Positions 29,102-39,582 are shown, numbered from the stretch's first letter. The stretch: DNA of 64,000 bases from an uncultured Chloroflexia bacterium (GCA_963700285.1 CAVOXA010000010.1:64001-128000); one strand, 5' to 3'. Numbers and translations: made by a program. The notes: generated by a model from the sequence alone, not told the origin.

Positions 29102-30448
29102 ATGCAGGATGGCAGAGTCCGCTACAGGCGGTTGTTTCTCAATCGGAACTTTGTAGCCCTGTGGCTTGGACAAACCATCTCGTTCATCGGCGACTACTTT
29201 TACTTCCTGGCCATTCCCATCATGGTGGAACAGCTCACTGGCTCCGCGCTGCAGGTGGGTCTGTCGGTCATCGCCAGCGCGCTGCCCATGTTGCTGCTGG
29301 GGCCGGTAGCTGGGGTCTTTGTGGATCGCTGGGACCGCAAGAGGACGATGGTCATCTCCGACCTGTTGCGCGGGGTACTGGTACTCGCTTGCATGGCGGT
29401 TCAGACACCAGACCAGGTATGGATCTACTATGTCATCGGCTTTCTGATGTCCTGTGTCAGCCGCTTCTTCTTTCCATCACAGAACGCCGTACTGCCTCTC
29501 ATCGTCACCGACAGAAATGACCTGCTGGCGGCCAACAGCCTGATGCAGATCGTGCAAACCGCGGGTTTTCTGATCGGCCCCGCACTGGCAGGCTTCTCCA
29601 TCGGGTTATGGGGGGCGCAGGTAGCCTTCCTGGTGGACTCGGCGACCTACTTTGTCTCGGCAGCAGCCATCTTGACGATGAAAGTCCCGCGTACCACTGC
29701 AGGCCGGCAAGCGGCGAGCGGGCAGATCACCACCCTATGGGCCGAAATGCGGGAGGGTGTCGCCTACCTGTTCGGCAACCGGACAATGGTCGGCGTGTTA
29801 CTCTGCCTGGGGGTGGTGCAACTGGGCATCGGGGCCATCCACGTTATCTGGGTGCCTTTTATGCGCCGGACCTTTGGCCTCGGGGCCGAGGGACTGGGGG
29901 CGGTAGATGCCGCTCAGGGCCTGGGTATGGCCCTCGGCGGAATTACCTTGGGCTTTGTGGCTGGGCGATTCAGAAAAAAGGATCTGGCGGGATGGAGCAT
30001 CGTCTTTATCGGGGGCATGATCGCTCTGGTGGGTCTGGCTCCGCCTTTCTCACTGGTGAACCTGATCCCGGGTCTGCAGATAGAAACAGCGATGGCTGAC
30101 ATGAGCATGGGACAACGACTGCTCCACATGCCGCTTCTGCTGCTGGTCTACAGCTTTTTGATCGGCGTGGCCCTAGTGCCAGCCCAGTCATCCCTGATGA
30201 CCATGATGCAGCTAGCCGTACCCGATCTGAAACGTGGCAGGGTGGGCAGTGCGCTCAACGCCGTAACCACGGCTGCTGGATTGGTTTCCATGGCTACTGC
30301 AGCAGCAGCCGGAGAGATCATCGAGTTGCGGCTAATCTACTTTGTCTCCGGTTTGATCACGCTGTCCGGGGGCATCGTAGGGCTCCTGGTGCTGCAGGAA
30401 CCCGAGATCCAGGATAGTGAGCCCGTCCTGGACGGAGCAGCGGGATGA
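29102..30448 (+). CDS. MFS transporter
   Basis: LW.GQ.IS.IGD, AGVFVDRWDRKR, RGRV. Confidence 0.88.
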   Translation: MQDGRVRYRRLFLNRNFVALWLGQTISFIGDYFYFLAIPIMVEQLTGSALQVGLSVIASALPMLLLGPVAGVFVDRWDRKRTMVISDLLRGVLVLACMAVQTPDQVWIYYVIGFLMSCVSRFFFPSQNAVLPLIVTDRNDLLAANSLMQIVQTAGFLIGPALAGFSIGLWGAQVAFLVDSATYFVSAAAILTMKVPRTTAGRQAASGQITTLWAEMREGVAYLFGNRTMVGVLLCLGVVQLGIGAIHVIWVPFMRRTFGLGAEGLGAVDAAQGLGMALGGITLGFVAGRFRKKDLAGWSIVFIGGMIALVGLAPPFSLVNLIPGLQIETAMADMSMGQRLLHMPLLLLVYSFLIGVALVPAQSSLMTMMQLAVPDLKRGRVGSALNAVTTAAGLVSMATAAAAGEIIELRLIYFVSGLITLSGGIVGLLVLQEPEIQDSEPVLDGAAG

Positions 30449-30627
30449 AACTAGGCAGAACCAGGATTGATCGGAAGGTGAAAGTGGATGCCAGCCACGG
30501 CCCATGAGAAACTCGGGCCGTGGTGACACCTGTCTTTCACGGCCCGGATGGAGGGTATATGCGGCTAGATGGTAGAAAACAGAGATTCGTGGTAGACACT
30601 TTAGCACCGGAATGAAGGGAGATTCCA

Positions 30628-31008
30628 ATGACGACAACAGAAGATCGCATGCAGATCCTGAACATGGTGGCGGAAAGAATCATCTCGGCAGATGAGGGGG
30701 CCAAGCTTCTGGCAGCCTTGGAGACAGAACAGAAAAGAGAGCCTACCCAGAGCATGACCGGACCCAGCCGGTCCCGCTGGATCCGCGTCCGGGTCACCGA
30801 TCTGGAAACGGGCCGGAACAAGGTCAATGTCAATCTGCCCATGGGCCTGGTTGAAGTTGCCGCCCGGCTGGGCGCCCGCTTTGCGCCAGAGCTACAGGGC
30901 ATGGACGTTCACGACATCGTGGAGCAGGTCAAGAGCGGCGCACAGGGCAAGCTCATCGAAGTGGAAGACATCGAGGATGGAGAACGGGTCGAGATATATG
31001 TAGAATAG
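30628..31008 (+). CDS. SHOCT-like (YvlB/LiaX N-terminal) domain protein
   Basis: EDRMQILNMV....IS.DEG.KLL.AL then RWIRVRVTD...KVNVNLP. Confidence 0.8.
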   Translation: MTTTEDRMQILNMVAERIISADEGAKLLAALETEQKREPTQSMTGPSRSRWIRVRVTDLETGRNKVNVNLPMGLVEVAARLGARFAPELQGMDVHDIVEQVKSGAQGKLIEVEDIEDGERVEIYVE

Positions 31009-31034
31009 GTATCCAGACCGAGAACCAGATTGAC

Positions 31035-31065
31035 AAGGCCCTCTCCAAAGTTTGGAGAGGGCCTT
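31035..31065. terminator. Intrinsic terminator between convergent genes
   Basis: AAGGCCCTCTCCAAA-G-TTTGGAGAGGGCCTT inverted repeat. Confidence 0.75.
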
Positions 31066-31167
31066 TGGCATGGCGGGCGAGCCAGGCCAGCAAGTTCTAT
31101 TTCAAGCGGAGAGTTCCTGACAGATGCCCCTTTGCTTCCGCCAGGAACCCTCCGGCAAGCAAAGCCA

Positions 31168-32334
31168 CTACTTCTTTGGCCGCTTCTTATAGCCAGCGGC
31201 AAGACCATAGAAGGGCAGAAGCAGAGGTTCGACCTTGGTGGCCAGACTGACGCGGGCGCTCCATAGCGCAGTACGGGCCTTAGCCACAGGCTTGGACAGG
31301 CGCTCAGCTACAGGCCAGTCAGCGACTGGAATAGCCACCGGTTCCTGCGGCTCCCAATGGAAGGCCGCGGCAGCCCAGGTAAGCCCGGCACCAAAGCCCA
31401 CAAAAACAACGTGATCGCCCGCTTGGAGCCGTCCCTCTTCAACAGCATCAACCAACGCCAAGGGGATAGAGGCCGCCGAGGTATTGCCATAGTGGTCGAT
31501 ATTGACCATCATCTTTTCCGGTGGGACGCGGAGCCTGCGCCGTGCCAGCTCAATGATGCGGTCATTGGCTTGGTGGGGGATAATCAGATCGATATCATCC
31601 GGGGTCAGCCCGCTGTCCATAATCACTTTGCGCGTTGAGTCGGCCAGAACACGCGATGCAAACTTGAAGACCCGTTGGCCGTCCATGCGCAAGTAATGAA
31701 GCCGCTGTTCGACAGTCTCGTGGCTGGTCGGATTGACACCTCCGCCACCGGGGTAGATGAGGGCGTCATAGTCGGAGCCATCAGAGCCCAGATCAAAGGA
31801 TAGGAGACCGGTGGGCTGTTCGCTGGCCTCTATCACCACAGCCCCCGAGCCATCGCCAAACAGGACGCAGGTCGTTCGATCCCTCCAATCAATACCAAAG
31901 GACAGGTGCTCCGTGCCAATGACCAGAGCATTGTGGTATGCGCCAGTCTGGATGAACTGGCTGGCGGTAACCAACGCATATACCCACCCAGTGCAGCCAG
32001 CCTGCAGGCTGAAAGCTGGCGCGCCGCTGGCTCCCAACTGATCTTGGATCATGCTGGCCACCGCAGGCACGAGATAGTCGGGTGTCGATGTAGCGACAAT
32101 GATCAGTTCTACGTCGGAGGGAGACAACTTGGCCACGGCCAGCGCCTGCCTGGCAGAGGCCAAGGACATGGAACAACAAGTCTCATCAGGACCGGCAATA
32201 TGGCGCTCCCGAATGCCGGTACGGGTGCGGATCCACTCATCGCTGGTATCCACCATCTTTTCAAGATCTTGATTGGTGAGTACCCGCTCTGGAACATACT
32301 TGCCCCAGCCGGTTATCCGCGCATAGTTGGTCAT
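31168..32334 (-). CDS. fabH: Beta-ketoacyl-ACP synthase III
   Basis: AGCTG (Cys), PHQAN (His), GNTSAAS (Asn), GFGAGLTW; ~60-aa C-terminal extension. Confidence 0.93.
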   Translation of the reverse strand: MTNYARITGWGKYVPERVLTNQDLEKMVDTSDEWIRTRTGIRERHIAGPDETCCSMSLASARQALAVAKLSPSDVELIIVATSTPDYLVPAVASMIQDQLGASGAPAFSLQAGCTGWVYALVTASQFIQTGAYHNALVIGTEHLSFGIDWRDRTTCVLFGDGSGAVVIEASEQPTGLLSFDLGSDGSDYDALIYPGGGGVNPTSHETVEQRLHYLRMDGQRVFKFASRVLADSTRKVIMDSGLTPDDIDLIIPHQANDRIIELARRRLRVPPEKMMVNIDHYGNTSAASIPLALVDAVEEGRLQAGDHVVFVGFGAGLTWAAAAFHWEPQEPVAIPVADWPVAERLSKPVAKARTALWSARVSLATKVEPLLLPFYGLAAGYKKRPKK

Positions 32335-32457
32335 GACTACCTAGATCTCCCCGATGACAAGAGAAAATGGCTTGGTGCAGTTCCCCAAAATACCAAAGAA
32401 TAGCCCCGAAAAAAGGCCTTCTGCTGGTACGAGAAGGCCAACCCAAACTCTGATTCG

Positions 32458-32832
32458 TCAGCCAGTGGCAGTGTGGGCGGCCCGTCCATGCCGAAGGCGC
32501 CAAACAAAAGCGACAACCACACCCACAACCGAGGCTACCGAACCAACAGCCGCCGCCCCAATGAGAATACCCTTGCGGTGTTGCTGAAACATGTTGGGTC
32601 CAGGCTCCACTCCCCGCAACTGGGCCTCAAGGAGTAGCTCCCCGTGAAGACGCCGGCGGTAATTCGTGTTGGGTTCCACCGGCACCAGGATGCCCTGAAG
32701 TTGCTCGGCCAGATCCAGCAGGGACTGTACCTGGTCGTTTCGGGTGAGCCTGGACGTCTGGTGCGTACGCAGCCCAACCAATTCGTCGGCTTGCGCCGCC
32801 AGAATTTCTCTTGTCTCACGCCTGTTCATCAT
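32458..32832 (-). CDS. Single-pass membrane protein, putative anti-sigma factor
   Basis: Downstream of the ECF sigma; helical N-domain plus one C-terminal TM; GGAGG RBS. Confidence 0.55.
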   Translation of the reverse strand: MMNRRETREILAAQADELVGLRTHQTSRLTRNDQVQSLLDLAEQLQGILVPVEPNTNYRRRLHGELLLEAQLRGVEPGPNMFQQHRKGILIGAAAVGSVASVVGVVVAFVWRLRHGRAAHTATG

Positions 32833-33090
32833 GCCCTCCCCCCAAGGCGTCCTTGTCGGGATGTTCACCCATCGCGGCCCAGAAAGGCTAGATCATCCAG
32901 CCCAGTGCGCAGACCTTTCGACTCACGTCCGGCAGCTCACCTTCCTGGAGCACGCTCGCCGCGACCCAGATTTTGATCGGTGTTCCACTAGTCGTGTTTC
33001 TGGAGGAATCTGGATGGCAGTTTCCAGATTGACTCAGTCGCACGCTTGAACATATGCATTCTTTTTCAGCCACTGCTCCTGGCTCATAGG

Positions 33091-33645
33091 TCAGGATACT
33101 TGGCTGGCCAAGTCCTGGCGCAGAGCAACCAATGTACGATGGTAGAGCGACTTGATCGCCCCCTCGCTGCGACCCATCGTCTGACCGATCTGGGCGTTGG
33201 GCATGTGCTCCACGAACTTGAGGATCAGCAGTTGCTGCCGATCAGGTGGAAGGCGATGAATCGCAGCCAAAAGTGCGTCGCGCCGCTCGCCCAAGGCTAC
33301 CTGCTGGAAGGGGCCATCGTCTCCCTGAGATCCCACCATGGCCAACCCATCCAGCGAGACGACCTGCCGCCTGCTGTGGTCACGGTGCCAATTTGCCACC
33401 AGGTTGTGAGCGATCCGATACAACCAAGCCGAAAAGGGTGCTCCCCGCTGTGCGTAGCGAGGAATGTGATTCAGGGCTTGATGAAAAACCTTGGCTGTCA
33501 GATCCTCAGCGTCGTGGTGGTTCCCGGTACGGTAAAAGACATAGCTATAGATTTTATCGACATACCGCTCGTACAAAAGACCGAAAGCGTCCGGATCGGT
33601 TTTCGCCTCTTCGACCAGGGCGATTTCGTCTGCCAGATTATCCAC
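33091..33645 (-). CDS. ECF RNA polymerase sigma-70 factor
   Basis: AF..LYERY, DAEDLT..VF, FSAWLYRIA.N, region-4 HTH. Confidence 0.92.
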   Translation of the reverse strand: MDNLADEIALVEEAKTDPDAFGLLYERYVDKIYSYVFYRTGNHHDAEDLTAKVFHQALNHIPRYAQRGAPFSAWLYRIAHNLVANWHRDHSRRQVVSLDGLAMVGSQGDDGPFQQVALGERRDALLAAIHRLPPDRQQLLILKFVEHMPNAQIGQTMGRSEGAIKSLYHRTLVALRQDLASQVS

Positions 33646-33840
33646 CAGGATAGCCTCTCAGGCGCCTGCCGGTCTCGCACAATAAAAACACCGACTGGCG
33701 CAAATGGTTACGCGCTAGTATAGCAGAGACAGGGGAGATGGTCAACTGAGGTTCGCCGGACCGACAATCGTTTGATGTTGTAGACCAGATCTGGTATAAT
33801 TGCACTGCAGGTCTAGCCTGGGGAAGCTGGAGTACGAGGT

Positions 33841-34161
33841 ATGGACGATCGGTGTTGCACAAAACGACGGGAGGCCGCCGTATGCGGCCACTATTGTGGC
33901 ACGTGTGACCGTTTGCGCGAGGGCACTTGCTGTGGCTGCGGCTATCAATTAGGCGAAACATCCAACGGTGAGTGTCCTGTTTTTCAGTGTTGCATCGTGG
34001 AGCGGGGGTTGGCTCACTGTGGCCTGTGTCTGGATTTCCCCTGCCAGCTATTCCTAGGCCATGCCCCACCGCTGGACGTGGCGCGACGGTACCAGGCCCT
34101 TTGCCGCCGCGCCGAGATTGGCACCACAGCCTGGCTGGAAGAGCAGGAAGAAACGAACTAG
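33841..34161 (+). CDS. DUF3795-like Cys-rich protein
   Basis: CG.YC..C, C.GC, C....CC......HCG.C..FPC. Confidence 0.75.
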   Translation: MDDRCCTKRREAAVCGHYCGTCDRLREGTCCGCGYQLGETSNGECPVFQCCIVERGLAHCGLCLDFPCQLFLGHAPPLDVARRYQALCRRAEIGTTAWLEEQEETN

Positions 34162-34481
34162 CCCGAGAGCCTCTGTACCAGCGCTGGTACAACAAGACCA
34201 TCCCAAAAGCCTTTGCCAGCTCAACCGCGTTCGCCCGCCAGGCTCGGTCAGGTATTCGGTGGTCCTTTTTTCCTCTGAACCTGCAAGGCTGGTTTTCCAA
34301 AAGCCAGGACCAAATCTTGGGCATCTTGGTTCTATTCTGGTATCACCTCCTCCACAGTCCGGGCACTCAGCCCCCATCAGAACTTCGGTCACAATGTAAG
34401 AATTTTACATCCAAAATACGAGTCTATCGCTTATACTTGTACTCGCATGACATACAGTGCTAGCATGTAGGAGTGTTTCCG

Positions 34482-35171
34482 GTGAGCGAAGCGAGGATTC
34501 TAGTTGTGGAGGATGAACCCAGCATCCGCGAGGTATTGAGCCTATATCTACGGCGGGCCGGCTACCAGGTGACCATTGTTGGCGATGGGCGGGAAGCGCT
34601 GACCGTGCTGTCCAGCCAGATACCCGATCTGGTGGTATTGGACCTGATGCTGCCGGAGGTGGATGGGCTCAAGATCACCCGCTGGTTGCGAGAACGAGGG
34701 GATACCCCCATCATTATGCTGACAGCGCGCCGCGAGGAACAGGATCGCATCGCCGGGCTGGAGATGGGCGCCGACGACTATGTTGTCAAACCCTTCAGCC
34801 CCCAGGAACTGGTCAGTCGGGTGAGGGCTGTACTGCGCAGGACCCAGTCGTCAACACCAGGCAGTGCCGGCGGGCCGCTGGTCTACGGCGGCCTGAGGAT
34901 CGATCCCCAAACCCGGCTGGTGGAGGTGGGAAGCGAAGAAAAGCAGCTCACTGCCAAGGAATTCGACTTGCTCTGGACGTTGGCCTGCCACCCCCGGCAG
35001 GTATTCACCCGCGACCAATTGCTAGACCTGGTGTGGGGGCTGTCAGAGTTTATCGACCCAAGTACCGTGACGGTACATGTGCGCCGCCTGCGGGAAAAGA
35101 TTGAAGCAGATCCTGGAAACCCCGAGCATATCCGAACGGTGTGGGGGGTGGGATACAGGTTCGAACCATGA
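34482..35171 (+). CDS. OmpR-family response regulator
   Basis: VVEDE, LDLMLP, GADDYVVKPF, winged-helix IRTVWGVGY. Confidence 0.93.
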   Translation: MSEARILVVEDEPSIREVLSLYLRRAGYQVTIVGDGREALTVLSSQIPDLVVLDLMLPEVDGLKITRWLRERGDTPIIMLTARREEQDRIAGLEMGADDYVVKPFSPQELVSRVRAVLRRTQSSTPGSAGGPLVYGGLRIDPQTRLVEVGSEEKQLTAKEFDLLWTLACHPRQVFTRDQLLDLVWGLSEFIDPSTVTVHVRRLREKIEADPGNPEHIRTVWGVGYRFEP

Positions 35172-35178
35172 GGCGGTC

Positions 35179-36450
35179 ATGGAGATAAGGGAAGAACACC
35201 AGCCTTCGCCAAGGCGACACTTGCGATTCCTGGGCGCCGTGGCTTTGAGCCTGGCCCTGGCCTTGGCTTTCTTTTTCCTGCTGATGCGCCCACCCAAGGC
35301 CGACCTCGGTCTCATGACCCTGTTTCTGGCCATCACGGCCATCATCTCTATGGCCGTGGGCTACGGTGCCTATCGCCTGGGCTGGATCAACCGCTCGCCG
35401 CATATCAGTTGGGTCCTGCTGGGCAGTTATGCTCTGGCCAGCGCCCTCACTTTCTTGAACGTCTGGGTGACGGCGCGGCTAATGTTTGCCAGCCGGCATG
35501 ACTTGCTCCTGGCCACGGTGCTTCTCCTCTTTTCCGGAGGAATCGCGATATCCGTGGGTTACTTTCTCTCGGCAGCCCTCACCGATCGTATCGTGACACT
35601 GAACCTTGCAGCCAAGGAACTGGCTCAGGGACAACTGCGCGTGCGCGTCCCGGTGACGGGTAACGACGAGATGGCCAGCCTGGCCCGTACCTTTAACGAA
35701 ATGGCGGCGCGGCTCGAAGAAACCGCTGACAGACAACAGGAGCTGGATAGTCTGCGCCGCAACCTCATAGCCTGGGCTGGTCACGACCTGCGTACTCCTC
35801 TGGCCTCCATCCAGGCCATTGTGGAGGCACTGGCCGATGGCGTCGTGGAAGATCCGGATACAGTAGACCGTTATCTGCACACAGCCCAGCGAGAAATCCG
35901 ATCCTTGTCACTTCTGATCGACGATCTCTTTGAGTTGGCCCAGTTGGAGGCCGGTGGCCTGCGTCTGGACCGCTCGCTGAACTCGATCTCTGACCTGATC
36001 TCTGACACGATGGAGAGCTTCTCTGAGCTGGCTGCACGCCAGGAAGTGACATTGGAGGGACACGCAGACCCAGGAGTGGATCCGGTGCTGATAGACGCCC
36101 AAAAGATCGGTCGGGTACTGGCCAACCTACTGGGGAACGCCCTGCGGCACACACCACGGGGGGGTATGGTGCTGGTGCGCGCCACCAGGGTGGAAGATAC
36201 CACCAAGGTGGAGGACAGCGTGCTGGTCGAGATATCGGACACGGGCGAAGGGATCAGTTCCGACGATCTGCCCCACATCTTTGAGCGCTTCTATCGCGGT
36301 GAAAAATCACGCAGCCGGTCTACAGGCGGCACAGGTCTTGGCCTGGCTATCGCCAAGGGGATTGTCGAGGCACACGGCGGTCAGATCAGCGTCGAAAGCC
36401 TGGTGGACCAACAGGGTGCCCGTTTCTCTTTCACCCTGCCATCATCCTGA
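35179..36450 (+). CDS. Sensor histidine kinase (HAMP + HisKA + HATPase)
   Basis: HDLRTPL, NLL.NA.RHT, DTGEGI, FERFYR, GTGLGL. Confidence 0.93.
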   Translation: MEIREEHQPSPRRHLRFLGAVALSLALALAFFFLLMRPPKADLGLMTLFLAITAIISMAVGYGAYRLGWINRSPHISWVLLGSYALASALTFLNVWVTARLMFASRHDLLLATVLLLFSGGIAISVGYFLSAALTDRIVTLNLAAKELAQGQLRVRVPVTGNDEMASLARTFNEMAARLEETADRQQELDSLRRNLIAWAGHDLRTPLASIQAIVEALADGVVEDPDTVDRYLHTAQREIRSLSLLIDDLFELAQLEAGGLRLDRSLNSISDLISDTMESFSELAARQEVTLEGHADPGVDPVLIDAQKIGRVLANLLGNALRHTPRGGMVLVRATRVEDTTKVEDSVLVEISDTGEGISSDDLPHIFERFYRGEKSRSRSTGGTGLGLAIAKGIVEAHGGQISVESLVDQQGARFSFTLPSS

Positions 36451-36532
36451 AGCTCTTTGCAGTCCGCCGCAGCCCTTCGCACTGGGGTTCAGGGGCATCG
36501 CATGGCGCGCCACAACTGCAAACACAGACAGA

Positions 36533-36560
36533 CCGTAATCATTCCGTAAGATTTGGGTAG
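36533..36560 (+). promoter_or_regulatory. 11-bp-period direct repeats, putative response-regulator box for msrPQ
   Basis: CCGTAA (36533), CCGTAA (36544), GGGTAG (36555). Confidence 0.45.
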
Positions 36561-36634
36561 CATATTCTTTATATCCATAGGCTATCCTGACTGATGAAAT
36601 AGCAGGACTTTGGATTGAGTAGGGAGAAAACAAC

Positions 36635-37667
36635 ATGGTCAAGATCAAACCATCAGAGATCACACCGGAACACGTCTATATATCCCGGCGGAGGTTCATC
36701 AAGGGTGTAGGTGCCCTGGTCGCCGGCTCGGTAGTTCTTGCGGCATGTGGGACAACCGAGCCTCAGGCGACCGCGACGACCATCGTCAAGATTGACCCAA
36801 CGGCCAGTCCAACGGCCAGCCTGACAGCCGGCCCAACTTCCGGCCCAATGACTACAACCGCCCCTACCACGGCGGTGTTTCCACCACTGAGCGCCAGCGC
36901 TGACGAACTGGGCCAAGAGCTGACATCCTTTGATGCAGTCACAAACTATAACAATTTCTACGAGTTCTCAACCAGCAAAGAAAGGGTAGCCACGCTGGCG
37001 CGCGAGTTCAAGACTTCGCCCTGGGAGGTAGAGGTTGGAGGCTTGGTCCGCAAGCCCAGGACCTTTGACATTGACGATCTGCTTGGATTCAACCAGGAGG
37101 AACGGATCTATCGCATGCGCTGCGTCGAAGCCTGGTCTATGGTCATCCCTTGGGTAGGCTTTCCTCTGGCCAAGCTTCTCAACGAGGTAGAGCCCATGTC
37201 AGAGGCCAAGTATGTCCGCTTTGAAACCCTCTACGATCCCGAACAAATGCCTGGTCAAAAGAGCGCCATCTACGAGTGGCCGTATATCGAAGGGCTGCGC
37301 GTTGGACGAGGCCATGAACGACCTGGCCATCCTTTCCACGGGCCTCTATGGCAATTCCTTGCTCCCCCAGAGCGGGGCGCCGGTGCGTCTGGTTGTACCT
37401 TGGAAATACGGGTTCAAGAGCATCAAGTCCATCGTCAAGATCGACCTGGTGGAAGAGATGCCCGTTTCCCTGTGGATGGCTGCTTCACCCCGCGAATATG
37501 GGTTCTATGCCAACGTCAATCCCGAGGTGTCCCACCCGCGTTGGTCCCAGGCCACCGAGCGCCGGATCGGTCAGGGGGGACGCATGAAGACACTCTACTT
37601 CAACGGCTATGCTGAAGAGGTTGCCCATCTCTATGAGCCCCTGGACAAGAAGGAATGGTACTACTAG
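36635..37667 (+). CDS. msrP: Protein-methionine-sulfoxide reductase catalytic subunit, frameshifted (+1 base near 37301)
   Basis: SEITP, SRRRF Tat motif, [15 protein letters not shown] in one frame; [31 protein letters not shown] in the next. Confidence 0.88.
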
Positions 37668-37672
37668 GCCCG

Positions 37673-38341
37673 ATGCGAACGCGCATGTTACGCTCAGACT
37701 GGCTCAGAAGACACTGGCTTCAGATCCTGGTCCACGCCGGGGCGTTGCTGCCACTGACCTTCATCCTCTGGGACTATGCACAGGGCGGGTTCCTCGTTGA
37801 TCCCGTGAGGGAGATTACCACCCGTACCGGCAGGGCGGCCATAATCCTGGTCGTGCTCACCCTGGCCTGTACACCCATCAATACTGTTTTTGGTTTCCGG
37901 CAAGTACTGCGCGTCCGGCGAGCCTTGGGCATGTATGCCTTTCTGTACGTCGGCCTGCACTTCTTGACCTTTGTGTGGCTGGACTACGGCCTGGATCTAC
38001 CCTTGATAATCCAGGCAATCTTTGACCAGCGCTACGTGCTGGCTGGATTCACCTCTGGCCTGATCCTGCTGCTCTTGGCGCTGACCTCGACCAGAAGCTG
38101 GCAGAGACGATTGGGCAAGAAATGGAAACAACTGCACCGCCTCGTCTACGTGGCGGGCATCCTGGCAGTTGTGCACTACCTGTGGCTGGTAAAAGATATC
38201 CGCGACCCTGTACGCTATGGCATCGTTGTGGCCATCTTGTTGGTACTACGCTTTCCATACATCCGGCGGGCTGTGAGCAAGCTGCGCTACAAGCTCGGAA
38301 CAAAACGAAAGCCCCATAGGTCTTCTGGCGCACCGGCCTGA
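37673..38341 (+). CDS. msrQ: Protein-methionine-sulfoxide reductase heme-binding subunit
   Basis: TG..A....TLA.TP, RRALG..AF.Y..LH, W..LHRLVY, HY.W. Confidence 0.9.
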   Translation: MRTRMLRSDWLRRHWLQILVHAGALLPLTFILWDYAQGGFLVDPVREITTRTGRAAIILVVLTLACTPINTVFGFRQVLRVRRALGMYAFLYVGLHFLTFVWLDYGLDLPLIIQAIFDQRYVLAGFTSGLILLLLALTSTRSWQRRLGKKWKQLHRLVYVAGILAVVHYLWLVKDIRDPVRYGIVVAILLVLRFPYIRRAVSKLRYKLGTKRKPHRSSGAPA

Positions 38342-38572
38342 TCTCACAACAGGGTCACACCCAGCATGGGAACGCTCTGCCGCATTGGCGAGCGTTCCTT
38401 GTCTGTTGTGGCGCAACGTTTGCCGTCTGCTATCTTTTAAGGTATAATCCCCGGGCATGGCGTGGCCTGCCAGAGAGAGACATCATTCTGACAGTCTCGC
38501 TTGGTGCGAGGCACACATGGTCTATCTGCTCAGGCCACAGAGCGTTGATCATATAGACGAGGAGATCCGAAC

Positions 38573-39040
38573 ATGAATGTGTTGTTGTTGCAGGACGTAG
38601 ATCGATTGGGACAGGCAGGTGAAGTCAAGAGGGTCGCCGACGGCTATGCCCGCAACTATCTTTTCCCACGCGAACTGGCAGTTCTTGCGACGCCAGGAGC
38701 TGTCAGGCAGGCGGAGAATCAGAAAAAGGCAGAGATACGCCGCGAAGCCCAGGCCCTCACCGAGGCCCAGGCCCTGGCTGCCAGGCTGGATGGAATGACC
38801 GTAACCTTCGAGGCTCGTGCTGGTGAGACAGGCCGTCTGTACGGTTCAATTACCAATGTGAATATCGCCGATTCGCTTTCAGAAAAAGTCGGCCAGGAAG
38901 TGGACCGGCGCAAGATCGAACTGGATGAACCACTAAAGGACCTGGGTACCCATGCTGTCACAATTCGGCTGGCCGCTGAAGCTGAGGCAAAGGTTACGGT
39001 GATCATCAGGCGCGAGGACGAAGCCCTGGAAGAGAGCTAG
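38573..39040 (+). CDS. rplI: 50S ribosomal protein L9
   Basis: LG..GEV..V.DGYARNYL.P, G.LYGSIT. Confidence 0.96.
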   Translation: MNVLLLQDVDRLGQAGEVKRVADGYARNYLFPRELAVLATPGAVRQAENQKKAEIRREAQALTEAQALAARLDGMTVTFEARAGETGRLYGSITNVNIADSLSEKVGQEVDRRKIELDEPLKDLGTHAVTIRLAAEAEAKVTVIIRREDEALEES

Positions 39041-39044
39041 ACCA

Positions 39045-39413
39045 ATGGAACAGGATTGGAGTGAGCCCGAGATACCACTGGACGAGGACGAAAAACGTCG
39101 GTTGGTCATCCAGTTGGTCACCCAACTTCGTTGCGTGGATTGCGGTCGCCTCTACGACCCCGAGGACTTTGCTCTTGTGCACCGATGGGAAGAAGTATGG
39201 GTACTGAGTACCCGATGCCGCCACTGTGATGAATTGTGCCACGTTGTTGTCTATATGCGACTAGATGCAGAGTCAGAAACTACGACCGATCTGACCCCGG
39301 CTGAGATCGAAGCATCGCATGAATGGCCACCGATCTCGACCGACGATCTACTGGATGTGCACGCCTTTCTTCAGGGATTCGATGGAAATTTCGAAATGCT
39401 CTTTTCCGCTTGA
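39045..39413 (+). CDS. Hypothetical protein with two CxxC motifs
   Basis: CVDC...CRHC; directly follows rplI. Confidence 0.65.
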   Translation: MEQDWSEPEIPLDEDEKRRLVIQLVTQLRCVDCGRLYDPEDFALVHRWEEVWVLSTRCRHCDELCHVVVYMRLDAESETTTDLTPAEIEASHEWPPISTDDLLDVHAFLQGFDGNFEMLFSA

Positions 39414-39434
39414 TCCCACACCAGCACCACCACC

Positions 39435-39464
39435 AGACCGTCACCCTTGTGGCGGTCTTTTTTT
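39435..39464 (+). terminator. Rho-independent terminator
   Basis: AGACCGTCAC-CCTT-GTGGCGGTCT followed by a T run. Confidence 0.8.
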
Positions 39465-39514
39465 GTGAAAATACCAAGATTTCGAGCGATCAGATGACCC
39501 GGGCAGAACTCGAC

Positions 39515-39570
39515 TTGACAGGCTGGCCAGCTTGTGATAATATTGAATGTATGAGCATGTATTCATATAT
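39515..39570 (+). promoter_or_regulatory. Promoter plus SmtB/CadC-type operator
   Basis: TTGACA (39515-39520), 17 bp, TAATAT (39538-39543); TATGAGCATGTATTCATA imperfect IR resembles the SmtB box. Confidence 0.7.
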
Positions 39571-39582
39571 ACTATTGATACC

